In this document: positions 10,475-20,496 of the stretch, piece by piece | Layout: every line of letters starts with the position of its first letter | How positions within the stretch are numbered: position 1 is the first letter of the stretch | NCBI GenBank assembly: GCA_016234115.1 | Contig: JACRHD010000017.1 | Coordinates: 811-64,810 of the forward strand | Source of the DNA: Nitrospirota bacterium | GTDB lineage: Bacteria; Nitrospirota; Thermodesulfovibrionia; UBA6902 | Direction of reading: 5' to 3' | DNA: 64,000 nt | Notes under the pieces: generated by a model | Databases searched by the model: none | What the model saw: only the letters and a program-made list of their open reading frames with translations | What the model was told of the DNA's origin: nothing | Program-made: the position numbers and the translations under genes

Positions 10475-10551
10475 GCCACCGTAGCTCAACCTGGCAGAGC
10501 AATGCATTCGTAATGCATAGGTTAGGGGTTCGACTCCCCTCGGTGGCTCCA
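10475..10551 (+). tRNA. tRNA-Thr (anticodon CGU)
   Basis: Acceptor stem GCCACCG/CGGTGGC. Anticodon stem ATGCA/TGCAT with loop TTCGTAA, anticodon CGT. T-arm GGGGTTCGACTCCCC. Genomically encoded CCA at 10549-10551. Confidence 0.85.
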
Positions 10552-10557
10552 GCGATC

Positions 10558-12264
10558 TTATTTCCCTGCTAACTGGAAAATATTGACTTCCTCATCCCAT
10601 CCCGTAATATTATCCTGCTCAATATTGACTGCATGCGCGTATCTGATATCTTTCCTGAGTTTTTGCTGCGTCAAATGAATATATCTGCCGTCCTTCTTTA
10701 TCTTCTCCACGACTTCCGCATTATCAAACACTAAAAGAGACCTCACGCCGGCCGCTTCAAGTTCCTTTGTAATGCCTTCCATATCCGAAGATAGAGGCCT
10801 GCCGAGCAACTGTTTGTTGAGAAAATAGGCAATATAATAGTCCGTATGGGACTTTTGTGCTGTCCGTATGACCGCGTAAGGCGCCGGGAAATTTACCGTA
10901 CTGATCTGCCCGGCTATTTCTTTATACGGGCTGATCTGATTGACGGCAATAATATCTTTTACCGATTTTAGAAAGTGTATCCCGGGCTTTATCGTAAAGG
11001 CCGACACTGTAATCAATAACAAAAAGCAGGTCAACGCTTTCATCCTCTGTTTAGGGATGATGCCGCCGACACTGTTTCTTATCCCTTCCATAAAGTGGAA
11101 CGACAACAAAAGGAAGATTATCATAAGAGAGTAAAAGCGCCTGGGGGACCTCGCTATGAGCAATAAGAACCCGGAGCAATAAACGCCGAATGTTATGACG
11201 ACCCAGGAATATAGAAATTTTTTTTCACTATTCAGCGGATTCAGCAGGAATGAAACAGGAATAAGAGCTAAAACTACTACTACAAAAGCATATGTAAAAA
11301 AAGGACTCTGAATAACAAAGTGATTAAGTATATAAACGGCATTGTCTTTTATTACTCTGAGCTGATGCATAAAATATTCTTTACTTTCAAAAGGCGACCA
11401 TGTCTTGAATTTTACTTCCGACGGGTCTTCAAATACATGAATCGCATAAGCGTCCCTTGGTTTAAATAATCCGCCGACAAAAAAAGGATGACGTCTGTCG
11501 GTATCTTTCGGCCCCATTATCGCGTGAGCCGCTCCGCCCTTGGTGCTGACCGTCAAATGTCCATATTTCGCCGAAACAATACCGACCCATACGGAAGCTA
11601 TCATTAAACACCCTATCATCCCTTTTCCCCACGACAGAAGAATCTTCTTCCACGGGAGGCCTTCTTTATCCCTGTCCATATATCCTCTTGTCAGCAGCAG
11701 CGCAGGAAAGTGAATCAGGAAAAACGGCAAGGCATAGTGATGGGCGAGGTATGCAAATCCGCCGGCAACACCACAGAAAAAGGAGGCCTTTCTCCCGGTT
11801 AAAATGTCCGGATCGGTTACCAGATATATATAGCAAAGGATTAAAGCCGCAAACAATACGTCAGGAGATATGAATTGAACAGTCCAGAAAGAAATTAACG
11901 GGACCGCGATCATTACGGCGATGAACCTGTCATTTTGCGGCAAATCAAACCTTAGGGCCAACAGCCAGACGCAGAGAAGCAGTCCCGCTCCGCACAGCGC
12001 TATTGTTATTCTTGCAGCGGTCAACCCGTCAAATCCTGATAAAATGAAAGGCGAATACAGCCAAACAACAAGCGGAGAAAACCCGGAGGACACCGACTGC
12101 ATGAAATTCCCTTCAGCAATATATCCGGCGAGGCGAAGCTCGGACACACCGTCAGGGTTCATCGCAAACCTGTAGGCGTAACCAAAAATCGATGCAAAAA
12201 TCAAATACGCAGTGAAGCTGACGATAAGATATATTCTATTTGCCGACAGGGGAAAAGATTTCAT
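10558..12264 (-). CDS. Large polytopic membrane protein, GT-C-like glycosyltransferase candidate, paralog-class of 7488-9389
   Basis: 568 aa. Multiple TM helices run through most of its length, followed by a C-terminal soluble domain (…GITKELEAAGVRSLLVFDNAEVVEKIKKDGRYIHL…). Confidence 0.5.
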   Translation of the reverse strand: MKSFPLSANRIYLIVSFTAYLIFASIFGYAYRFAMNPDGVSELRLAGYIAEGNFMQSVSSGFSPLVVWLYSPFILSGFDGLTAARITIALCGAGLLLCVWLLALRFDLPQNDRFIAVMIAVPLISFWTVQFISPDVLFAALILCYIYLVTDPDILTGRKASFFCGVAGGFAYLAHHYALPFFLIHFPALLLTRGYMDRDKEGLPWKKILLSWGKGMIGCLMIASVWVGIVSAKYGHLTVSTKGGAAHAIMGPKDTDRRHPFFVGGLFKPRDAYAIHVFEDPSEVKFKTWSPFESKEYFMHQLRVIKDNAVYILNHFVIQSPFFTYAFVVVVLALIPVSFLLNPLNSEKKFLYSWVVITFGVYCSGFLLLIARSPRRFYSLMIIFLLLSFHFMEGIRNSVGGIIPKQRMKALTCFLLLITVSAFTIKPGIHFLKSVKDIIAVNQISPYKEIAGQISTVNFPAPYAVIRTAQKSHTDYYIAYFLNKQLLGRPLSSDMEGITKELEAAGVRSLLVFDNAEVVEKIKKDGRYIHLTQQKLRKDIRYAHAVNIEQDNITGWDEEVNIFQLAGK

Positions 12265-12440
12265 TTGTGATCAGTTAGAGATTTATAGATATTTTACCCA
12301 ATGTTTGCATATATTTAAAGTCCGTCACGGCTTCCCCCTCATTAACATCCGCTTTTAACAAGTCTGCCCCGATGTCGCATAATCCGGCGAGGCCTTGCGG
12401 GTAACCTTGCGGATGGTTGAATATTATTGTTAATATTAAT

Positions 12441-12454
12441 TATCTTGCAAGATA
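12441..12454. promoter_or_regulatory. Perfect 14-bp palindrome TATCTTGCAAGATA in the AT-rich leader upstream of the radical SAM/oxidoreductase operon
   Basis: Seen directly in the sequence. The reverse complement is identical. It lies ~135 bp upstream of the start of the 12591 CDS, so it is a candidate dimeric regulator operator. Confidence 0.25.
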
Positions 12455-12590
12455 AATGTCATCAGGAAGTCCAAAGAGGTCAGTATGAATCCATATCATC
12501 TTATATCTTCCTGTGTTTCCGCACTGCAATTTCCATAGTCAGTATCGACAGCCGGCAAAAACTCGACATAAAGGAGTATTCCAGTCAAAG

Positions 12591-13622
12591 ATGACAGAAA
12601 TAAATCCCTTCAATAAGTTAAAGGTAATATCTCATTCTGAAAAAATACGCCAGTTGCTGAGCGGGAAGATACCGTCGCCGGTACGGGTGGTTCTGGAGCC
12701 TACAAATTTATGCAACCATAATTGCGTCTTCTGTTTTTACTCGAACTTCAGAGATGACAACAAGGTGTATTTATCCAGGGAGAAGCTCTTTGAATTAGCT
12801 GAAGATTTTAAAAAAATGGGGGTCAAATCGGTGTCCCTGGTAGGGGGGGGAGAGCCGATGATTCATCCCGCCATTTATGATCTGATACGCTGGTTCCGCG
12901 AGAATAATATTTTAATATCCATTACAACCAACGGATCGACCCTTAAGGACTCTGAAATTGACACTATTGTGCGCGCTTCAACCTATATCAGGATCAGTTT
13001 GAATGCGGCCTCCGAGCAAACGCATAATGCGGTCAATGCGCCCAGGAGCAGCCACTTTGCGCGCATCATAAGCAATATAGAGAAACTGAGGAGTCACAGG
13101 GACAAGATCGGCGCCAATATGCTTGTCGGAATTAAAAACGCAATATTCGAGAAAAATTTCCACGAAATCGAAAACATGGTCGCCCTGGGAGAGGAATTGA
13201 AAGTTGACTACATCATGTTTGCCGCTGTAGTGGGAGAATCCCCAGCTTCCAGGAAGATACTTGATGATGCTAAAGTCATAATTGAAGAAATGAAGAAAAA
13301 GACCCGTGTCCTGTTGTTTCATTCATTTTATAAAAAACCCCTGAAAACGCCAAAATGCATATCCAATCCCCTGATCGGCACCGTGTCGGCAAACGGCGAC
13401 ATGTACCTTTGCGGGTTTATGGACCACTCCGACGGACGTTTCAGGATCGGAAATATAAATGAGAATCGTTTTATCGATCTTTGGGGAAGTGAAAAACATT
13501 ATGAAGTTTACAGGTCCCAGGACCCCGAGTACTGCGCCAGGTACACCTGTAAAATGAAAGAATATGATAACGTCATAAGGGACGTCTTTCTCGAAGATAA
13601 AATGCATATCTACTCAATATGA
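12591..13622 (+). CDS. Radical SAM enzyme with C-terminal SPASM/twitch domain
   Basis: CX3CX2C motif (NLCNHNCVFC) and a glycine-rich SAM motif (VGGGEP). A C-terminal Cys cluster is present (CISNPLIGTVSANGDMYLCGF…YCARYTC). The track ORF starts at 12513, but the Met at 12591 (MTEINPF…) better fits the AAGGAG upstream; the start is uncertain. Confidence 0.75.
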   Translation: MTEINPFNKLKVISHSEKIRQLLSGKIPSPVRVVLEPTNLCNHNCVFCFYSNFRDDNKVYLSREKLFELAEDFKKMGVKSVSLVGGGEPMIHPAIYDLIRWFRENNILISITTNGSTLKDSEIDTIVRASTYIRISLNAASEQTHNAVNAPRSSHFARIISNIEKLRSHRDKIGANMLVGIKNAIFEKNFHEIENMVALGEELKVDYIMFAAVVGESPASRKILDDAKVIIEEMKKKTRVLLFHSFYKKPLKTPKCISNPLIGTVSANGDMYLCGFMDHSDGRFRIGNINENRFIDLWGSEKHYEVYRSQDPEYCARYTCKMKEYDNVIRDVFLEDKMHIYSI

Positions 13623-14569
13623 AAGGCGTCGGTTTCGGAATTATCGGATTCGGCAGGCAGGGACTCAGGCTTGCCGAACATATCAGAAAAGACATTCAAC
13701 CCGGAAAATTGATAGCCGTATGCCGCCGTTCAGCCGACGGCTGTGATTATTCCAGGAAACACGGCATCAAGTTCTATTCCAATTATCACGATCTGCTGAA
13801 AGACAAAGATATCCATGCGGTAATTATTACCACGCCGAGCAATTTACACGGCCTTCATGCCCTGGACGTCTTAAAGTCCGGCAGGCATGTGCTCATAGAT
13901 AAACCGATTGCTTCAAGTTTTGAAGAAGGACTGGAAATCCAGTCTTACGCAAAGAAGGAAAAGCTTACAGTGGCGGTCAATTTCCCCCTCAGGGTAAATC
14001 CCGTCACGGAGATATTGAGACGCAACCTGCCCGCTATTGGAAGATTAATAAAAATCCATGTGATGATAAGCCACGGCCCCGCGCGCAGCGCCTGGCAGAG
14101 CGATATGAAGCTCTCCAACGGGGGGGTCATACTCGACCTCGGCAGCCATTATTTCGACCTCATTTCTTTTTTAACGGGATGCCGGCCGGCAATAATTGAA
14201 ACTGCACGTAGTGAAAAGATGGAAAATGAGGACAGCGGATTTATCGATCTCACTTATGAGAATTTCAGTGTTTCCGTGGTATTGCTCAGAAACCAGAAAT
14301 TCAGGAAAAACATCATTACCTGCGCCGGAGATAAAGGGTTTTTGTTTGCGGATTATTCCGGAAGAGAAGTCATAATTTCCAATAACCATGAAGTCAATAA
14401 GATACAGTGTCCGGCAAGTTATGATTTTGAAAAGATACTTAATAATCTGGTCAGGGCGATCAATGAAAAAGATGCTGTTATTGCGGACGCGGAAGCCGGG
14501 CTCGGGTCTTTGCGGACTGTTCTTTCCGTATATAAGGCAATCAGGACCGGAACGCCGGCAAGATTATGA
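13619..14569 (+). CDS. Gfo/Idh/MocA-family NAD(P)-dependent oxidoreductase (sugar dehydrogenase-like)
   Basis: N-terminal Rossmann motif GFGIIGFGRQG and the conserved …IDKP… motif of the Gfo/Idh/MocA family. Its start overlaps the stop of the radical SAM gene (ATGA), indicating translational coupling. Confidence 0.75.
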   Translation: MKGVGFGIIGFGRQGLRLAEHIRKDIQPGKLIAVCRRSADGCDYSRKHGIKFYSNYHDLLKDKDIHAVIITTPSNLHGLHALDVLKSGRHVLIDKPIASSFEEGLEIQSYAKKEKLTVAVNFPLRVNPVTEILRRNLPAIGRLIKIHVMISHGPARSAWQSDMKLSNGGVILDLGSHYFDLISFLTGCRPAIIETARSEKMENEDSGFIDLTYENFSVSVVLLRNQKFRKNIITCAGDKGFLFADYSGREVIISNNHEVNKIQCPASYDFEKILNNLVRAINEKDAVIADAEAGLGSLRTVLSVYKAIRTGTPARL

Positions 14570-14587
14570 CTTGAAGAACAGACAAGA

Positions 14588-15544
14588 CTACTCCTTTCTT
14601 CTTCCCTTAAGCCAGGCCAGCAGTGAAAAAATTCCCATAGAAGCTATAAACAGGTAGAATATGCCGTGTAAGACAAGGCCCAGGGCGATTGCGTCGCCGG
14701 CGCGGTAGCCGGCTGCGCTGAGCGCAAGCGAAAACCAGGCCGCCTGTGTGCCGATGCCCGCGATGCCCTGAAGCGGAATAATTTGAAAGACCGCATAAAC
14801 ACCGAAACAGTAGGCGCTTTGAAAAAGTGTAAAATCAACTCCGCATGCCAGTAATACCAGATGAAGCAGTACAATCGATCCGGTCCACATCAGTAATGAT
14901 TGAAACAGGGTTATACGGAAAGAAAGATTACCGCGTTGTTCTTCCAATATCTTTGTCAGCTCAGACAGTTTTTCACGCACCCTTGTTATCAATACGCCAC
15001 GTCCGGGCATTTTCTGCAGAAGTCTCATAACAAATTGCTCGCTTGAAGGAAGAAGAGTGATCGACGATATGAGAAACATGGCGCCGGAAAGCCACATGGA
15101 CGCTTCACGGTAAGAAGCATTTCCCGGCATTATCACGGCAGCAATGAAAAATAATGCCGATAGCGCGAATATGTCCATCAAGCGTGAAAGAAAAAGTATC
15201 CTTAAGGCGCCTATTATATTGAACTTTGAGAACTGCTTTAACACATAAGCCGTAGCTGCTTCCCCTGAGCCTCCCGGCAGAGTTGCGGTTATAAAATTAT
15301 AGAACGCGTTTATATACCACCAGTGCGTCAGCTTATTGTCCGTATGGTCCAGTTTATGGAAACGAAACGCCCTGACAAGGTTGCCAAGAAGAAACACAGT
15401 GAAAGCCGCGACTAATTTTTTTATATTCATCCTGCCCGCAATTAAGGTAAAGTGCTCCCAATCGACTTTCAGGAGCAGAAAAGCCATTAGTATCGCAGAG
15501 ATAGAAGTGGCCCACAGAAGTTTCTTTTTTACCTGAATATCCAT
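14588..15544 (-). CDS. Flippase-like integral membrane protein (UPF0104 / lysylphosphatidylglycerol-synthase TM-domain family)
   Basis: 318 aa with ~8 TM helices. The N-terminus (MDIQVKKKLLWATSISAILMAFLLLKVDWEHF…) resembles LPG_synthase_TM-type proteins that co-occur with ArnC-like GT2s. Confidence 0.55.
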   Translation of the reverse strand: MDIQVKKKLLWATSISAILMAFLLLKVDWEHFTLIAGRMNIKKLVAAFTVFLLGNLVRAFRFHKLDHTDNKLTHWWYINAFYNFITATLPGGSGEAATAYVLKQFSKFNIIGALRILFLSRLMDIFALSALFFIAAVIMPGNASYREASMWLSGAMFLISSITLLPSSEQFVMRLLQKMPGRGVLITRVREKLSELTKILEEQRGNLSFRITLFQSLLMWTGSIVLLHLVLLACGVDFTLFQSAYCFGVYAVFQIIPLQGIAGIGTQAAWFSLALSAAGYRAGDAIALGLVLHGIFYLFIASMGIFSLLAWLKGRRKE

Positions 15545-15805
15545 GTTATAAATATCTTATCGGACAACGTAAGGGATTGTATTGTTTATCAGTAAAGAAA
15601 TATGCTTTAAATTGCCTGATAAAAAACATCAGCCGTGTCTATGGAGACCGAACCGCCTGAAAATATTATAATAAAAATCAGGCAATTATTTTTTTGTCCC
15701 GTGTTTCTGCCGGAAAATGCCGGAATAAACCAGGCCGGTATGGTCCTTCACTTGATTATCGTTATGTTATAATTATAAATTCGACCCAAAAAAGCGGAGC
15801 GCTTC

Positions 15806-17326
15806 ATGTTGCCGATCGCCGTGAAAGACTTTAAATACAGGCAGTACTATCTTCCCCTTCTTTTAATAATTTCCATTATTTCACACTTCCCGTTTGTTTT
15901 AAAAGGATTCGGTGAAATCGACGCGACGAAAATTGCGGTCAGCGTTATCGATATGTTAACTGCCGGCCCGGATGCTGCGTTTGCAAACCTGTATTTTACA
16001 GACGTCATCCCGTTATACGTCCTGTATCTGAAATGGTCGATGAAACTGCTGGATTACGATTATTCACTTCTGCCTTTAGTCATGAATTATACCAACGCCG
16101 TATTTGGAACACTGATAATAATCCCGGCCTTTTTATTTATCAAACAACTCTTCAGGAGCCACGAGATAGCTTTTTATACCGTCATGGCTCTGATCTTCGC
16201 GCCTTCTTATTATCAGTCCACGATCATGGGCTTCCCTCATCTCATATCTTTTTTCTTCTTACTGGTATCACTGAATTTTTACCTCTACGGCATTACTCAT
16301 GAACGGAAAGGCGCAGCGTCCTTCCCGATGTTCCTGTCATGCGCGTTCCTGACGGCGGCGTTTCTTTTCAAATCCGATTACGTCCTCTCAACCGGAATTT
16401 TCTTCGGCATCCTTCTCATGGAGAAAGTAAAGGACAAAGGGAAGATAGCCGCCGCCCTTCTCATCGTCTTTACGGCAGGCATACTCTTCATGGTTTTCAG
16501 AAATCTGATACTCGGCACGACAGGCGGGACCACAATGTCAAAAGAAGGATTGTCCAAGTGGTATAATTTTTCCCTGATCATTCCTTCGACAATCGGTTAT
16601 TTCATTGCGCAGACAAAGCCGGTTGCCTATGGAGCAGGGCTGGTGACTTTTTGTCTGGGGGGGATTTCGTTTATATATTACCTGATCAAAAAAAGACTCG
16701 ATGTTCTGACATTTTTTATTTCCTGGGCGGCAGCGCCCACAATTTTCTGGCTGGTCATGATCGGCAATAATGCCCGACACAACATGGCTTCAACTCTTCC
16801 GCTTTTGACGATCATCGTCATTTTCTTCCACGAAAAATTCCCGCGATATGCATCTGCTCTTGCCGCAATGCTTGTTTTGGGCAACTTTTTTGTAACAGCC
16901 CCTTCATATTCGATCCTGACCCCCAGCGGAAATTTACTGAAGAGCACCTACCTGCTCAATGACAGGATGACGATGTTTCAGTCGCGCGCAAAGGAAATAG
17001 CCGCCATCAAGGAGGATAAGATTGCGGTGATAGGCACCTTTCACAATCCCCATGTCGTCCTTGAAATAATCCGTTCATCACCGGATTATGAGGCCGTTAA
17101 AATCGGCAGAGAGAATTACAGAGTAAGGGCCGGCGGCAAGGAATATGTATTTATCTATCTTGTTGTAATCAAACCGGAGGACCTGGGGGAAGGGATAGAT
17201 TATCTTTTAACCGAATACCGTTTGAAAGACCATGTATTCGTGTCCGCTACCTACGACCTGGAGCCTCTTATCAGGCGCGGCCTCAAAGTAAAGACCCTGG
17301 ATATTATAGAGAAGTCTGCGTTATAA
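15806..17326 (+). CDS. Polytopic membrane protein, GT-C-like glycosyltransferase candidate
   Basis: 506 aa. Eleven to twelve TM helices are followed by a ~130-aa C-terminal soluble domain. It is a paralog-class of the other large membrane proteins in this module. Confidence 0.5.
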   Translation: MLPIAVKDFKYRQYYLPLLLIISIISHFPFVLKGFGEIDATKIAVSVIDMLTAGPDAAFANLYFTDVIPLYVLYLKWSMKLLDYDYSLLPLVMNYTNAVFGTLIIIPAFLFIKQLFRSHEIAFYTVMALIFAPSYYQSTIMGFPHLISFFFLLVSLNFYLYGITHERKGAASFPMFLSCAFLTAAFLFKSDYVLSTGIFFGILLMEKVKDKGKIAAALLIVFTAGILFMVFRNLILGTTGGTTMSKEGLSKWYNFSLIIPSTIGYFIAQTKPVAYGAGLVTFCLGGISFIYYLIKKRLDVLTFFISWAAAPTIFWLVMIGNNARHNMASTLPLLTIIVIFFHEKFPRYASALAAMLVLGNFFVTAPSYSILTPSGNLLKSTYLLNDRMTMFQSRAKEIAAIKEDKIAVIGTFHNPHVVLEIIRSSPDYEAVKIGRENYRVRAGGKEYVFIYLVVIKPEDLGEGIDYLLTEYRLKDHVFVSATYDLEPLIRRGLKVKTLDIIEKSAL

Positions 17327-17341
17327 AAACCGGGGTTCCGC

Positions 17342-18739
17342 CTACGCGGCTTTCCACATCCTTTTTACTCTTCTGAGAATGTTCTTCAGATGTTCCAGGG
17401 ATTGTATTTCCGCCAACAGACCGAATATGATCTTCGGTCTTAAATAAAATTCGAGGTATGCCCTCCGCAGTAATTTCTGAAGTTCATCTTCCGTGAGTTT
17501 TTCCGGAACATAGTTTATCTGGTTCAGAACTACGCCGCTGAGGTTCCTGATATTCAATTTACCTTCCCTCTTCAGGGTTTCCGTCATTTCACTTCCTGGA
17601 ACGGGAATCCAGATAGTAAACTGCGCCCTCTTTAACGGAAGTTCTTTGGCGAGTTTTATGGTCTTTAAAATATCCTCTCTTTCTTCAGCAGGATATCCCA
17701 TTATGAAGAAGCCCGTCATTCTGATCCTGGTAACGCGCGCGACAAGTTCAACCTTTTCCCTTACCTTTTCAAGGTCCTGCCGTCTTTTCATATGGTCCAC
17801 AATCCGCTGGGAGCCCGACTCAATCGCCATCCCGATGGAATAGCATCCGGCCCTTTCCAGGAGCTTTAGGAGTTCTTCGTCAAGGGAATCGACCCTGACG
17901 CCGTTCGGGAAGGTGATATTCAATTTCCATCCCCTGTTTATTATTTCATTGCAGACCCCCTCGGCCAGAGAACGTTTGGATGTAAAACAGTCATCGATAA
18001 TCTGGTACTCCCTCACCCCATATTTATTATAAAGGAGGTCGATTTCCTCTATTATTGATTCTTTGCTTCTCGCTCTCATTCCTCTTCCCATTATCAGCTT
18101 GTTGGCGCAGTACGTGCACTGATGCGGACAACCTCGCGAACAGGAGATGGTGGCAAGAGGAAAAGATTTCACAAAGGCCCCTATCGGCGCATTGGGATAT
18201 TCATTTGGATCAATCAGGTCCCAACCGGGCAGACCTAAAGCTGTTACGTCCTTGATCGGAGACAATTCGTTTCGCATGATTTCGCCGTTCTCTCTCCAGA
18301 TCAGATGATGAATGTCCTTATAGTCACATTCTTCCGAGCCGTTTATTTTTTTGAGAAGTTTGGGCAGGCCCAATTCCGCCTCTCCTCTGAATGCAAAATC
18401 AGCGTCAAGCTGATTTAAGGCGTTTTCAGAGTCGCCCGAAACATGCGCCCCTCCTATTATCCTTATGACCTCAGGATTAAGGGACTTGACCAGCTTTAAA
18501 GCCTCCTGAGCTTCCTCCACGCTGCATGTATATACCTGCAGTCCTACTACGTCGTAATCCAGCCGTTTCAGTCTCTCTTCAAGCTTCTTTCCGGTCATGT
18601 CTTTCTTCATGCCGTCCCAGATATCGACTTCAAAGCCGTTTCTTCTAAGGGAGGTCGCCAAATAGCCAAGGCCGAGATTGGGGGTCGCGGCAAACATGCC
18701 TCTCTCGCTGGTGATAGGGTTCGTTAAAAGGACCTTCAT
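17342..18739 (-). CDS. B12-binding (class B) radical SAM enzyme
   Basis: The N-terminal cobalamin-binding-like domain is followed by a radical SAM core with CSRGCPHQCTYC (CX3CX2C). This is the typical size (465 aa) and architecture of B12-radical SAM methyltransferases. Confidence 0.75.
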   Translation of the reverse strand: MKVLLTNPITSERGMFAATPNLGLGYLATSLRRNGFEVDIWDGMKKDMTGKKLEERLKRLDYDVVGLQVYTCSVEEAQEALKLVKSLNPEVIRIIGGAHVSGDSENALNQLDADFAFRGEAELGLPKLLKKINGSEECDYKDIHHLIWRENGEIMRNELSPIKDVTALGLPGWDLIDPNEYPNAPIGAFVKSFPLATISCSRGCPHQCTYCANKLIMGRGMRARSKESIIEEIDLLYNKYGVREYQIIDDCFTSKRSLAEGVCNEIINRGWKLNITFPNGVRVDSLDEELLKLLERAGCYSIGMAIESGSQRIVDHMKRRQDLEKVREKVELVARVTRIRMTGFFIMGYPAEEREDILKTIKLAKELPLKRAQFTIWIPVPGSEMTETLKREGKLNIRNLSGVVLNQINYVPEKLTEDELQKLLRRAYLEFYLRPKIIFGLLAEIQSLEHLKNILRRVKRMWKAA

Positions 18740-18807
18740 TTTTCCCTCTTTTTTAAATTAAAAAGCAATCTTACTTAGTATACCCAAAATTACCGACTTT
18801 TACCCGC

Positions 18808-20472
18808 TCAGCGAATTATCTGCTTCCTGATTCTGAACAGCCTGATCAGCTTATCCGAACGACCTTCATAAAAAAGCTCGACTTCATCTGAATGCCTGTG
18901 CATTTCCATCAATTCATTGTACGACTCCCATTTGCCGAGGAACCTTTCGTCGATAACGATAAAGTCGACATTATTGATCCTGCCGAAACGTATCACATCA
19001 GCGCTGCTTGCATACGGCAGCATGGTAAATCTGGCGCCGCTGTAATAATTGACATAGGGTTTCGCGGCCATAACATTCAATTCTTCATATTCCGCCGGGA
19101 CCTTTTCCTTCAGGTAAAGCCCCGCCGCCTCGTGCTCTCCGGCCCTTTCAACTTTATCGAAACTTGAATATTTTAAATATATCAGGCTGCTCAGCGCCAG
19201 CACGGCAATCATGATGTGTTTAATATTTCTTCCGGCAAGCTGAAGGGCCCTGTTGTTCTCCAAACCGTAATAAGCGGTCAAGTCTGAAAAGACGTGCCGC
19301 GCATTGGGAAAACCGCCGCAGGAGAAAAATATCAGGAAGACCACGATAACAAGGGTCTGCTTTTCAATAATGATGAATATCGGGTAGATAAGAAAAAACA
19401 GCAATGGAAACATAATGAATATCAGCCTTGTTCTTTTCCTGAAAAGCTCTTTGTTGAAAAATGCGAAAAAGAAGGGCAGCGCAATCGGAATGAGGAGCTT
19501 GTTCAGGGTCTTGATTTCGCGCAGGACATTCTTCTGGTATCTTTTCGCAAAAGCGAGGGGGTCTTTGAAAATATAATCCTTCAACGACCGGTTCGCCTCC
19601 CTGTTCCACCCCTCCAACTGAGTTTTGTCCCCGGTCAGGGCAAACGCTTTCCTGTCATAGAGGTTGTCGGGGGCGTTGACTACTTCATGATATTCCGCTT
19701 CGTCGCTGAGCTCGCCGAGAAGAATGCTGATATTGGCCTTTCCGGTCGGGCTGAACTTTCCCGTATAATTCTTGAGAAACAGCATATACGGAAATATAAT
19801 TATTCCAAAGACCACGAAAATAGAAACGAGTTTAAGCAGGTATTTTCTGTTGAAAAAGAGCCTTTCGTTAAATACCCCGAACACCTGCAGCAACGGCAGC
19901 AATAAGAGGAACTGGCCTTCCGGGCGCGTGAGATAAGAAGCCGCAACAGATACCCCGAACAGCACAGATATAAAATAATTGTTCCTCCTCAACGATATCA
20001 GGAACAGGTAAATCGACAGCAGAAGGAAGAAATAAAACAGCACATCCGAATACGTATCAACGGAAACTATCAGTATGACGGGATACAGCGCGTAAACAAA
20101 CGCCGCAAACAGGCCGGATTCCTTATCGTACAGCTCCTTTCCCACAAAATATGAAAGGATGATCGTTATACTGCTGGAAACAAACGATACAAGTTTAGCT
20201 GAAACGAAGAGGTCTTTGACGGCCAGATTAAACAGGCCTATGAAAAAAGGATAGCCGGGTGGGAAAAACACGCCCATATTATAGTTCTCGCCGAAATTAT
20301 ATCTGCAATACTCTATCAGATTCTTCCCCAGCCGCGAGAAGGCAACGGTATCAAGTGCAAAAGCCGGGTCATTGAATTTGATTATTCTAACCGCGATCCC
20401 TAAAAGCAGGATGCATATCAATAATATATATTCTCTCCTTGAATTCATTTCCTTTCCTGTATGAATCGACAT
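18808..20472 (-). CDS. ArnT/PMT-like GT-C glycosyltransferase (GT39/GT83-like) membrane protein
   Basis: 554 aa. N-terminal TM bundle with a conserved early periplasmic loop, and a C-terminal soluble domain. Overall similar to 4-amino-arabinose/mannosyl-transferase-type enzymes. Confidence 0.55.
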   Translation of the reverse strand: MSIHTGKEMNSRREYILLICILLLGIAVRIIKFNDPAFALDTVAFSRLGKNLIEYCRYNFGENYNMGVFFPPGYPFFIGLFNLAVKDLFVSAKLVSFVSSSITIILSYFVGKELYDKESGLFAAFVYALYPVILIVSVDTYSDVLFYFFLLLSIYLFLISLRRNNYFISVLFGVSVAASYLTRPEGQFLLLLPLLQVFGVFNERLFFNRKYLLKLVSIFVVFGIIIFPYMLFLKNYTGKFSPTGKANISILLGELSDEAEYHEVVNAPDNLYDRKAFALTGDKTQLEGWNREANRSLKDYIFKDPLAFAKRYQKNVLREIKTLNKLLIPIALPFFFAFFNKELFRKRTRLIFIMFPLLFFLIYPIFIIIEKQTLVIVVFLIFFSCGGFPNARHVFSDLTAYYGLENNRALQLAGRNIKHIMIAVLALSSLIYLKYSSFDKVERAGEHEAAGLYLKEKVPAEYEELNVMAAKPYVNYYSGARFTMLPYASSADVIRFGRINNVDFIVIDERFLGKWESYNELMEMHRHSDEVELFYEGRSDKLIRLFRIRKQIIR

Positions 20473-20496
20473 TTAAGAATTTTTCTGAAACGCGCC

